Source: an uncultured Candidatus Saccharibacteria bacterium (GTDB lineage Bacteria; Patescibacteriota; Minisyncoccia; Phycocordibacterales; UBA2135). Taken from it: 52,543 nt of DNA. The DNA lies in NCBI GenBank assembly GCA_964573545.1, contig CAZNJQ010000002.1:1-52543 (forward strand), written 5' to 3'. This document shows positions 7,208-14,216 of the stretch, in pieces (the stretch's first letter is position 1; the number at the start of each line of letters is the position of its first letter). The translations under genes and the position numbers were made by a program. The notes under the pieces were generated by a model. The model was not told the origin of the DNA, did no database searches, and saw nothing but the letters and a program-made list of their open reading frames with translations.

Positions 7208-7696
7208 ATGGAATATTTAGCCGGACAACAAGAAAAAGAGGCAATTTTGTGGATGAACAAAGCGGCAAAAATGGCCGAGAAAGCTTTATGCCTGAAAGCA
7301 AAATGTGGAACCGTGATTGCGAAGATCAATGAAATAATTGGTCAAGGATATAATGCGCCCCCATTAGATAAGGAAGAAAATCGGATGTGTGATAAGGAAT
7401 TTGGTCAAAGCAAAGAGAAATACGACAGAACATGTTGTATGCATGCCGAATGGCGGGCGATAATGGATGCACTTAAAAGAAATCCAAAGAAGCTGAAAGG
7501 ATCGAAGCTATATTTCATCAGAATAGATGAGAAAGGCAACATCAAAAAATCGAGAAAACCCTATTGCACAGTATGTAGTAGAATGGCGTTGGATACAGGA
7601 ATTGATAAATTTGTATTATGGCACGAGGAGGGCATTTGTGAATATCCGACTGACGAATATAATACGTTATCTTATCAATATAGCCCTGTGAGGTAG
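7208..7696 (+). CDS. CMP/dCMP-type zinc deaminase (ComEB/dCMP deaminase-like)
   Basis: CMHAEWRAI (H-A-E zinc/catalytic motif) and PYCTVCSRMAL (PCxxC). Confidence 0.8.
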   Translation: MEYLAGQQEKEAILWMNKAAKMAEKALCLKAKCGTVIAKINEIIGQGYNAPPLDKEENRMCDKEFGQSKEKYDRTCCMHAEWRAIMDALKRNPKKLKGSKLYFIRIDEKGNIKKSRKPYCTVCSRMALDTGIDKFVLWHEEGICEYPTDEYNTLSYQYSPVR

Positions 7697-7708
7697 ATAA
7701 TAAAGAGT

Positions 7709-7730
7709 AAAAGTGTCACGGGCCGTAAGA
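7709..7730 (+). promoter_or_regulatory. AAAAGTGTCAYGG motif, copy 6 (AAAAGTGTCACGGGCCGTAAGA), with no gene following on the + strand
   Basis: Same 13-nt core as copies 3 and 5. Lies 13 nt after the deaminase stop. Confidence 0.45.
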
Positions 7731-7735
7731 GTAAG

Positions 7736-7761
7736 AAAAAAGCGAGATCGTGAGATCTCGC
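7736..7761 (-). terminator. Rho-independent terminator for the minus-strand gene 7778-7969
   Basis: GCGAGATC-gtga-GATCTCGC is preceded on the + strand by AAAAAA, which is a T-run after the hairpin on the - strand. Confidence 0.6.
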
Positions 7762-7777
7762 CTATGATCCGTATGCG

Positions 7778-7969
7778 CTATCTAAACATGTGGCAAAGAT
7801 CGTAATCGCCCTGGACGGTTTTTTTACCGTAACGGTTCTTTATTCGCGCTTCACGGTATGCCTCAGGCAAGAATCTCCGGCATTTCGGCGAGCACCATTT
7901 CGGATGATTTTTAATCTCTTTTTCAACCTTTTTTTGCAAATTCTGAACGGTCCGAGATTTCTTGCGCAT
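7778..7969 (-). CDS. Small basic hypothetical protein (63 aa)
   Basis: Lys/Arg-rich ORF with its own terminator. The overlapping + strand ORF 7790-8002 looks like its shadow. Confidence 0.45.
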   Translation of the reverse strand: MRKKSRTVQNLQKKVEKEIKNHPKWCSPKCRRFLPEAYREARIKNRYGKKTVQGDYDLCHMFR

Positions 7970-8040
7970 TACTTTATCACCACAGGCGGGATAAACTGTT
8001 GAAAGGATATAAATTTATGTAGATTATGTCAATAAAAAAC

Positions 8041-8280
8041 TCACCGACGTATCGATGAGCGCATGGTGAAAGAAAGAGAATCGTTTTTCAGTTGCCATTT
8101 CGTATCGCCGCCCTTACCGCCGAGACGCACGACATGGTGAGCGAGAGCGCCCAAACTTTGCGAAACTCCGTTCACGTTCAAACCGGTCTTCTCGGAGATC
8201 TGACGGGTGGTTGCTTCCCCGCCGTATCCGACAAGCGCCTTGAGGATGAGTTTCTGCCGTCTTTTCAGTCTGAGTGCCAT
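8041..8280 (-). CDS. Small winged-helix DNA-binding protein (79 aa)
   Basis: ILKALVGYGGEATTRQISEKTGLNVNGVSQSLGAL...GGKGGDTKWQL is a wHTH-like pattern (MarR/ArsR-like). Confidence 0.6.
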   Translation of the reverse strand: MALRLKRRQKLILKALVGYGGEATTRQISEKTGLNVNGVSQSLGALAHHVVRLGGKGGDTKWQLKNDSLSFTMRSSIRR

Positions 8281-8434
8281 CCGTATTTCCTCTAGCGGAT
8301 TTTATCTTACTGTAAAATATCATATGCATCTTTAAATCTCAAGGACATGGATGGCGACATTTGTTTTGGCACTTGATTTATTCTGTACGGGCGTTACTCT
8401 TTAGGCAGAGAAACTCTAACAAGGGAGATACAGG

Positions 8435-8632
8435 ATGGCGAACAGGATACCTGCGTCAATATTCTCCCAAAACATGTTTGATATGGGCTGCACATGCGAT
8501 GAATGCAACGGCTCTCCCAATCCCGAATTCGGTCACTGTCCGGAATGTCGCGGGGTGATACGTCTCGTTGAAACATGCCCATATTGCGGATATTGTGGAA
8601 AAAGGGATGAAAAATCCGATATGCTCCACTAA
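8435..8632 (+). CDS. Cys-rich zinc-ribbon protein (65 aa)
   Basis: CTCDEC...CPEC...CPYCGYC. Has an SD AAGGGAG 8 nt upstream and a terminator downstream. Confidence 0.6.
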   Translation: MANRIPASIFSQNMFDMGCTCDECNGSPNPEFGHCPECRGVIRLVETCPYCGYCGKRDEKSDMLH

Positions 8633-8653
8633 CAATCTCGTGTTTTATATTTT

Positions 8654-8680
8654 AAACTCCGCCTTGGTCGGAGTTTTTTT
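8654..8680 (+). terminator. Rho-independent terminator
   Basis: AAACTCCG-ccttggt-CGGAGTTT followed by TTTT. Confidence 0.7.
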
Positions 8681-8693
8681 GTGCAGGAATAAG

Positions 8694-8729
8694 ATAGCAA
8701 TAACTATGCTATAGCATAGTTATTGCTAT
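8694..8729. repeat. Perfect 36-bp palindrome ATAGCAATAACTATGCTA|TAGCATAGTTATTGCTAT
   Basis: The two 18-nt halves are exact reverse complements with no spacer. Lies 83 nt upstream of the ATG at 8812. Confidence 0.9.
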
Positions 8730-8811
8730 GTATGTCGGAGGCACCATGCGTGCGGCGCTATACGTAAGGAATTGATAGTGTCGCGTTGTTCCATTGGTGT
8801 ATACTGTAAAG

Positions 8812-9153
8812 ATGAAACTTATCGCACGGTGGCTTATAACTGCGCTCGGCTTTCTTGCGGCGGCGTATTTCATACCGGGCATCACGGTAGAAAGTTTTTA
8901 TGTCGCGCTCATTCTCGCTTTTTGCTGGGGAATCATCAACTTGCTCGTGACGCCCATCATTCTTATCCTGACGCTTCCCATAACCATCCTCACGCTTGGC
9001 CTCTTCAGCTTCGTCGTGAACGGACTTCTCCTTTTATTTTTGGGAAATATCATACAAGGATTTGCCGTTGAAGGGTTTTTAGCGGCCCTCCTGGGCGCTG
9101 TCGTCGTCTCTTTTGCGAACTGGATAGGCAATGCGCTCATCTCTCGGGTATAA
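8812..9153 (+). CDS. Phage-holin-family-4 / YvlD (DUF360)-like membrane protein
   Basis: MKLIARWLITALGFLAAAYFIPGITVESF...LLVTPIILILTLPITILTLGLFSFVVNGLLL strongly resembles the Phage_holin_4_2 family as I remember it. Confidence 0.8.
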   Translation: MKLIARWLITALGFLAAAYFIPGITVESFYVALILAFCWGIINLLVTPIILILTLPITILTLGLFSFVVNGLLLLFLGNIIQGFAVEGFLAALLGAVVVSFANWIGNALISRV

Positions 9154-9267
9154 GATCAGAGCTGGCAGCCTTTCTTTGGCACCCAAAGCTTGTTTTCCTC
9201 TCGGGGTGTGATACCATCAATGTCACTTTTGGCGGATTTTAATCGGCATTTAAGAAACATAGTATCT

Positions 9268-9342
9268 ATGGGAGAAGTTATATTTGTAGCACTGCTCGTG
9301 GCGACGTTCGCGGCGCTCGCCGTCAGTCAGGTCTATTTTTAA
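9268..9342 (+). CDS. Candidate 24-aa hydrophobic micro-ORF (MGEVIFVALLVATFAALAVSQVYF)
   Basis: ATG..TAA read by hand in the 259-nt gap before glmS. Encodes a single TM-like peptide. Confidence 0.2.
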   Translation: MGEVIFVALLVATFAALAVSQVYF

Positions 9343-9412
9343 TACAAACGCCTCAAATCGTATTTAACAGGGTGATGATTTTAATACTCGTTTTACTCGT
9401 TTAAAATCTATC

Positions 9413-11188
9413 ATGTGCGGCATTTTTGCCTACATCGGCGGCGATAATCGTGCAGTCCGAAAAGCGATACAAGGGCTTAAGGATTTGGAATACAGAGGGT
9501 ATGACAGTTGGGGGGTCGCGGTGAAGACACCCCGGGGCATTGAGAGCAGGAAGGGAGTCGGAAAAGTATCTGATATAGACGAGCGCGATTTTAACGATAT
9601 TTCTGGCACTATCTCTCTGGGGCATACGCGCTGGGCGACACACGGGAAAGTATGCATAGAGAATAGCCATCCGCATTTCAATACGGATAAGACGATCGCT
9701 GTGGTGCATAATGGCATTATCGAGAATTATCGCGAACTTCGCGATGATATCGGTGCGCACCTTTTCCGCTCCGAAACAGATACAGAAGTCATACCGCACC
9801 TCATTGATTCGTTCATGCGGCGCGGTTTTTCTTTTGAAAAAGCGTTTTTGAAGACATGCAAGATGCTGAAGGGACGGTTCGCGTTCGTTGCGCTTCAGGC
9901 GGATTCCTCGTTTATTCTTTCCGCGCGCAACGGCTCTCCGCTTGTTGTCGGTAAGGGGGAGGGCGAATATTTCATCGCCTCTGACACGCCCGCTTTTTTG
10001 GATTATACAAGTACAGTGAATTACATGCACGATGGTGAATATGTGAAAATAACACCGTCATCGATACAATTTTTCGATTTCAAGACGGGAAAAGAGATGC
10101 GCAAGAAAGACGAGGAGGTTGCATGGGGTAAACTCGACGCTTCGAAAGGCGGTTGGGACCATTTCATGCTGAAAGAAATAATGGAGCAAAGGGAATCGCT
10201 CGGGCGCGTCCTTGCGGAAGAAGCAGAGACCATTGCCCGTGCGGTACGCATCATAAAGAAAGCCAAAAATATTTTTCTCGTCGCGTGCGGTACCGCCGGA
10301 TACGCATCTATGGTCGCCGAGCGCGCACTTTCGGAAATCGCGGGGGTGAAAGCGCGTTTTGTGCCCGCATCCGAATTCCGCGCATTTCTGCCATTCGTTG
10401 ATTCACGTACCGTGGTTATTCCCGTGACACAAAGTGGCGAGACAGCGGATGTTTTGGAGGCGATAAAAGAATCACGGCAGAAAAAAGCAAAAATCGTCTC
10501 AGTCATCAACGTTCGAGGCTCCTCTGTCGAACGCGAATCTGATGCGGCACTGCCTATCAATGCAGGGCCGGAGAAAGCCGTTGCGTCGACGAAAGCGGCG
10601 ACCTCGCAAATTCTCATGTTCCTGCTTCTTGCGCACGCTCTCTCCGGGCACGAGATGCGCGGAAGGAAAATTCTCAAAAAAGCGGTCAGGGATATCGGGA
10701 AGTGGCTTGAGGAAAAACGGCTCCGTGATATACGGCAGATCGCGGAGAGAGTCGTTTCAGCGCCGAACCTTTTCGTCATCGGCAAGGGGATGCTGTATCC
10801 CGTCGCCCTTGAGGCCGCACTTAAGATAAAAGAAGTTTCTTACATACACGCCGAAGGCTTTGCAGCAGGGGAGTTAAAACACGGTCCGATTGCCCTCATT
10901 GAACAAGGCACGCCCTGTATCGCGCTTCTAGGGGATGACGAGAATACAAATGATGTTTTAAACGGCGTGGAAGAACTTAAGGCACGCGGAGCTTTTATCA
11001 TCGGCATTGCGCCGCAGGAGCAAAAGAGTGACGTGTTCGATGCATGGATTCCCGTGCCCGATTCTGGGATTGCGTCTGCGCTTACGCATCTTATCCCGAC
11101 CCAGATACTCGCATATTATCTTGCGGTTCTCCGCGGCAACAACCCCGACAAACCGCGAAATCTCGCGAAAAGCGTGACGGTGAAGTAG
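9413..11188 (+). CDS. glmS: Glutamine--fructose-6-phosphate aminotransferase GlmS
   Basis: N-terminal MCGI (Cys1 Ntn amidotransferase), two SIS domains, C-terminal ...NLAKSVTVK. Confidence 0.95.
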   Translation: MCGIFAYIGGDNRAVRKAIQGLKDLEYRGYDSWGVAVKTPRGIESRKGVGKVSDIDERDFNDISGTISLGHTRWATHGKVCIENSHPHFNTDKTIAVVHNGIIENYRELRDDIGAHLFRSETDTEVIPHLIDSFMRRGFSFEKAFLKTCKMLKGRFAFVALQADSSFILSARNGSPLVVGKGEGEYFIASDTPAFLDYTSTVNYMHDGEYVKITPSSIQFFDFKTGKEMRKKDEEVAWGKLDASKGGWDHFMLKEIMEQRESLGRVLAEEAETIARAVRIIKKAKNIFLVACGTAGYASMVAERALSEIAGVKARFVPASEFRAFLPFVDSRTVVIPVTQSGETADVLEAIKESRQKKAKIVSVINVRGSSVERESDAALPINAGPEKAVASTKAATSQILMFLLLAHALSGHEMRGRKILKKAVRDIGKWLEEKRLRDIRQIAERVVSAPNLFVIGKGMLYPVALEAALKIKEVSYIHAEGFAAGELKHGPIALIEQGTPCIALLGDDENTNDVLNGVEELKARGAFIIGIAPQEQKSDVFDAWIPVPDSGIASALTHLIPTQILAYYLAVLRGNNPDKPRNLAKSVTVK

Positions 11189-11192
11189 GGAT

Positions 11193-11221
11193 TTGACAGA
11201 AATATATTGTCGTGCTAATAC
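11193..11221 (+). promoter_or_regulatory. Near-consensus sigma70-type promoter (TTGACA-17 nt-TAATAC)
   Basis: Hexamers at 11193-11198 and 11216-11221. A GGGAG SD precedes the ATG at 11263. Confidence 0.45.
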
Positions 11222-11262
11222 TTTAATTAGAAGTTGCGGACGCATCTGAACTGGGAGATTTA

Positions 11263-11520
11263 ATGCCCGGAAAATGCCTTGTGGAAGTTGTGTCGATAAA
11301 TGGCCATGCCATTATTACAGACAAGGATGGCAAAATATATACTTTCACACCCGAAGAAGGTGTGCGGGGCGTTGGAAAGTCTTTTAGCAGCGGTATGTTT
11401 CTGCAGCCAGCGTTATCCGCTCAAATTGGGTCACCGGTTCAAACATTGGAAATATACGACGAATATCCTTTTAATAAAATCACTGAGGAGATTTCAGGGC
11501 GCGTAGACATACATGATTGA
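11263..11520 (+). CDS. Hypothetical protein (85 aa)
   Basis: Has a promoter and SD upstream. Its stop overlaps the start of the next ORF (ATGATTGA). Confidence 0.55.
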   Translation: MPGKCLVEVVSINGHAIITDKDGKIYTFTPEEGVRGVGKSFSSGMFLQPALSAQIGSPVQTLEIYDEYPFNKITEEISGRVDIHD

Positions 11521-11755
11521 TGCGCTAAGACAGTTTTTGCTTTCTCTTGACCAAAAATTATCGCCGGAGATGAGGCAAAAATGTGCTCGCCAAGCAGAAG
11601 AGGCATTCAAAAATGATGTTGTCTACAAAACTCTTCGGGAAGTCTTAATCAATAACCCAATGCCGTCAGGGCTTGACGCAATCTATGGTCCGACTGACGG
11701 GCGGGCGGGTGAAGTTCTCCAGGAAATGACCAAGAAGTGGAGAGAAGGAAAATAA
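11513..11755 (+). CDS. Hypothetical helical protein (80 aa)
   Basis: 8-nt overlap with the upstream ORF, and a terminator follows. Confidence 0.55.
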   Translation: MIDALRQFLLSLDQKLSPEMRQKCARQAEEAFKNDVVYKTLREVLINNPMPSGLDAIYGPTDGRAGEVLQEMTKKWREGK

Positions 11756-11765
11756 AACATACGAG

Positions 11766-11790
11766 GCCGCTTTTACAAAGCGGCTTTTTT
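11766..11790 (+). terminator. Rho-independent terminator
   Basis: GCCGCTT-ttaca-AAGCGGC followed by TTTTTT. Confidence 0.7.
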
Positions 11791-11820
11791 CATCCATGTT
11801 TTTATGTTTTAATTGATTGT

Positions 11821-13347
11821 ATGAAATATACTCCGACAATCGGACTTGAGGTTCATGCAGAACTCAAAACGAAGACAAAGATGTTCTGTAACTCCAAGAA
11901 TGACCCAGACGAAAAACAGCCGAATATAAATATATGCCCGGTATGCATGGCGCATCCGGGGACGCTCCCGGTCATCAACAAGGAGGCGGTGCGGCATGTC
12001 CTTCGAGTCGGTGTTGCTCTGGGCGGTACCCTCGCCGATTTTACTGAATTTGATCGGAAAAACTATTTCTACCCCGACTTACCAAAGGGGTATCAGATAA
12101 GCCAATATAAATATCCCCTTGTCTCGGGCGGCGAGCTCAACGGCGTTTCCATCACGCGCGTGCACCTTGAAGAAGATACGGGGCGTTCTTCGCATGAGAC
12201 GGGCGGGGAAAGCCTCGTTGATTTCAATCGCGCGGGAGTCCCGCTTATGGAGCTTGTGACGGAGCCAGTTATAAAGACCGCAAAAGAAGCGGGGAATTTC
12301 GCTCGTGAACTACAACTACTGCTCCGGTATCTGGGCGCGTCGGAAGCGAACATGGAAAAAGGGGAGATGCGCGTTGAGGCAAACGTTTCCGTTTCAGAAA
12401 CGTTTGCCTCCGCAGACCAATGCAGAACTGACGCAGACAGTCGCGGAAATATTCTGCGTAATTCTGCGTTGAGTCCGCGTCATTCTGCGACCTTGGGTAC
12501 CAAGGTAGAGGTGAAAAACATCAATTCGTTTAAAGCGGTTGAGAAAGCGATTGAATATGAAATAAAACGGCAGAGCGAGCTTCTCGCACGCGGGGAAAAA
12601 GTTGTTCAAGAGACGCGCGGATGGGATGAGAACAAAGGGAAGACTTTCTCTCAGCGTCTCAAAGAAGAATCCCATGATTACCGGTATTTTCCGGAACCGG
12701 ATTTGCCGAAATTGCACCTGAGAGAGCTTCCGGAATTCCATGAAGATGTGCTCCGAAAAGAGCTACCAGAACTGCCACGGGAGAAGCGTGAACGCTATAA
12801 AAAAGAATTCGGCATCAAAGATAAGGACATTGAACTTTATATCTCGGACATGAGGCTTGATCGTCTTTTTACAGAGACAATTCATTTCTTTAAAGATGAT
12901 TCAAATATTGCGAAGCACTCTAATATTGTGGCTGAGTTCATACAACTTGCCTCAAATTATATCGTCTCTGATCTCGTCGGGCTAGCAAAATCAACGGGTC
13001 AAAACTTTAACAAAATACAACCCGAATATCTCTCTTTACTTATCAAAATGATTGCTGGAGGTGAGATTTCTTCTCGCGGGGCAAAGGATATTCTTGCTAT
13101 CATGCTTTCCGAAGGCGGTAGTCCCGATGAAATTGCTAAGAAAGAAGGATTAGCTCAGATAAGCGGCAAAGAGGAATTAAAAGAGATTGTTGAAAAGATT
13201 ATCGTAGGCAATCCTGGGGTTGTTGCTGATTTCAAATCTGGCAAAGAGCAAGCACTTCAATTTCTGATCGGACAAGGGATGAAGGAAACAAAGGGCGCTG
13301 CAAATCCAAAGACGCTTGAGAAATTATTCAAAGAACACATCACTTGA
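11821..13347 (+). CDS. gatB: Asp/Glu-tRNA amidotransferase subunit B, with a ~28-aa in-frame insertion
   Basis: MKYTPTIGLEVHAELKTKTKMFC...PGTLPV..., then ...GTKVEVKNINSF..., and a C-terminal YqeY-like tail. The track start at 11737 sits upstream of the terminator, so ATG 11821 was chosen. Confidence 0.9.
   Translation: MKYTPTIGLEVHAELKTKTKMFCNSKNDPDEKQPNINICPVCMAHPGTLPVINKEAVRHVLRVGVALGGTLADFTEFDRKNYFYPDLPKGYQISQYKYPLVSGGELNGVSITRVHLEEDTGRSSHETGGESLVDFNRAGVPLMELVTEPVIKTAKEAGNFARELQLLLRYLGASEANMEKGEMRVEANVSVSETFASADQCRTDADSRGNILRNSALSPRHSATLGTKVEVKNINSFKAVEKAIEYEIKRQSELLARGEKVVQETRGWDENKGKTFSQRLKEESHDYRYFPEPDLPKLHLRELPEFHEDVLRKELPELPREKRERYKKEFGIKDKDIELYISDMRLDRLFTETIHFFKDDSNIAKHSNIVAEFIQLASNYIVSDLVGLAKSTGQNFNKIQPEYLSLLIKMIAGGEISSRGAKDILAIMLSEGGSPDEIAKKEGLAQISGKEELKEIVEKIIVGNPGVVADFKSGKEQALQFLIGQGMKETKGAANPKTLEKLFKEHIT
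12376..12492. repeat. Palindromic insert inside gatB: 14-bp perfect IR (GAGGCAAACGTTTC/GAAACGTTTGCCTC) plus ATTCTGCG x3 and ACGCAGA
   Basis: IR arms at 12376-12389 and 12397-12410. ATTCTGCG occurs at about 12451, 12461 and 12482, and the complementary ACGCAGA at 12431. Confidence 0.75.
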
Positions 13348-13351
13348 ACCC

Positions 13352-14113
13352 ATGACATACCTCGACGAATTGCGCGAGTGGGGACGGCATTTTTCGCACT
13401 GGGCGATTCTGATTCTTTTTTTCTCCCTATTCTTTTTCTCTTTTGGCCTCAAACAGTTCGCCATATTTGGCCAGGTAATCCTCGTGCCGGTTCTTGCCCC
13501 GCAGTCATTCTCGGTTTTGTTTTTCGAGATAGTAAAGAATGACCTGGTGCCCGAAGGAGTTTCATTTATTGTTACCAATCCCGCAAGCGCATTCACCTCG
13601 CAGGCTCTTATATCGGTACTTTTGGCGCTGGTGTTCTCTGTTCCATACATCCTCTATACGCTCATTCGTTATCTGTCTCCCGCATTGTTTGTTCGGGAGC
13701 AGAAAGCGATTATCGGGGTCATCGTACCGTCCGTGCTCTTATTCGTCTCGGGTATGCTCTTTGCGTATTTTTTCATCATTCCGCCGACATTTTCCTTCCT
13801 CTATGATTTTGCTCCGCGGATAGGGGCGATTCCGCTCTTTTCCGTCAACGAATTTATTTCACTCGTGTTCTCTTTAGTCGTCATCACGGGATTTTCTTTC
13901 CTGCTTCCCGTATGCATGTTCCTTATGAGTCGCCTGGGGCTTATTCCGGGGATAGTGTGGAGGAAAAATTGGCGCATAGCATGCGTTGCGTTCCTTATCT
14001 TTGCGGCGCTTATCACGCCTGACGGCAGTGGCATAACAATGGCGTTTCTCTCGTTGCCGTTATGTGCTCTCTATGGACTCGGAGTATTCTTGAGCGGACG
14101 CCTCAGTAATTAG
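13352..14113 (+). CDS. tatC: Twin-arginine translocase subunit TatC
   Basis: 253 aa with about 6 hydrophobic helices and a TatC-like pattern (...F.F.PF...PG.W...). The ATG is 5 nt after the gatB stop. Confidence 0.75.
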   Translation: MTYLDELREWGRHFSHWAILILFFSLFFFSFGLKQFAIFGQVILVPVLAPQSFSVLFFEIVKNDLVPEGVSFIVTNPASAFTSQALISVLLALVFSVPYILYTLIRYLSPALFVREQKAIIGVIVPSVLLFVSGMLFAYFFIIPPTFSFLYDFAPRIGAIPLFSVNEFISLVFSLVVITGFSFLLPVCMFLMSRLGLIPGIVWRKNWRIACVAFLIFAALITPDGSGITMAFLSLPLCALYGLGVFLSGRLSN

Positions 14114-14188
14114 GTTCTAGGTTATAGTGATTAGGTTGTGGACCTAATATTCAGTACCTAACACCTAGCACCTATAACCTAATAACCC
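14111..14188. repeat. TAGGT/ACCTA word-repeat imperfect hairpin
   Basis: The left arm TAGGTTCTAGGTTATAGTGATTAGGT faces the right arm ACCTAACACCTAGCACCTATAACCTAA. Lies between tatC and gap. Confidence 0.7.
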
Positions 14189-14216
14189 TGGTTAGTATTT
14201 ATGCTATATTAAAAGC

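Noticed and set aside
6000-7730. Integron-like gene-cassette array, with the conserved inter-gene motif read as attC.
   Set aside because: The window has no IntI-type integrase and no attI. The motif is only about 20-25 nt, with a 5-bp stem, rather than a 60-140-nt attC with R''/L''/L'/R' boxes and a GTTRRRY core. It sits at the ribosome-binding position, so I kept it as a regulatory-motif finding instead.
9154-9412. glmS ribozyme in the 259-nt leader of glmS.
   Set aside because: I could not recognise the conserved glmS-ribozyme core sequence or pseudoknot pattern by eye. The region instead holds only a possible 24-aa micro-ORF. A cmsearch with the Rfam glmS ribozyme model would be the decisive test.
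9401-10785. Long minus-strand ORFs (209 aa and 254 aa) opposite glmS. Similar antisense ORFs lie opposite secA, rpe/tkt, alaS, rpsB, pheS, gyrB, dnaE, smc and the fibre gene (for example 15648-16277, 17681-18340, 20046-20642, 21088-21825, 24151-24690, 28298-28855 and 44838-45485).
   Set aside because: Each lies fully inside a strongly supported conserved gene on the other strand. Their compositions are Arg/Ser/Cys-rich and low in complexity, which is typical of shadow ORFs. None has an SD, promoter or terminator.
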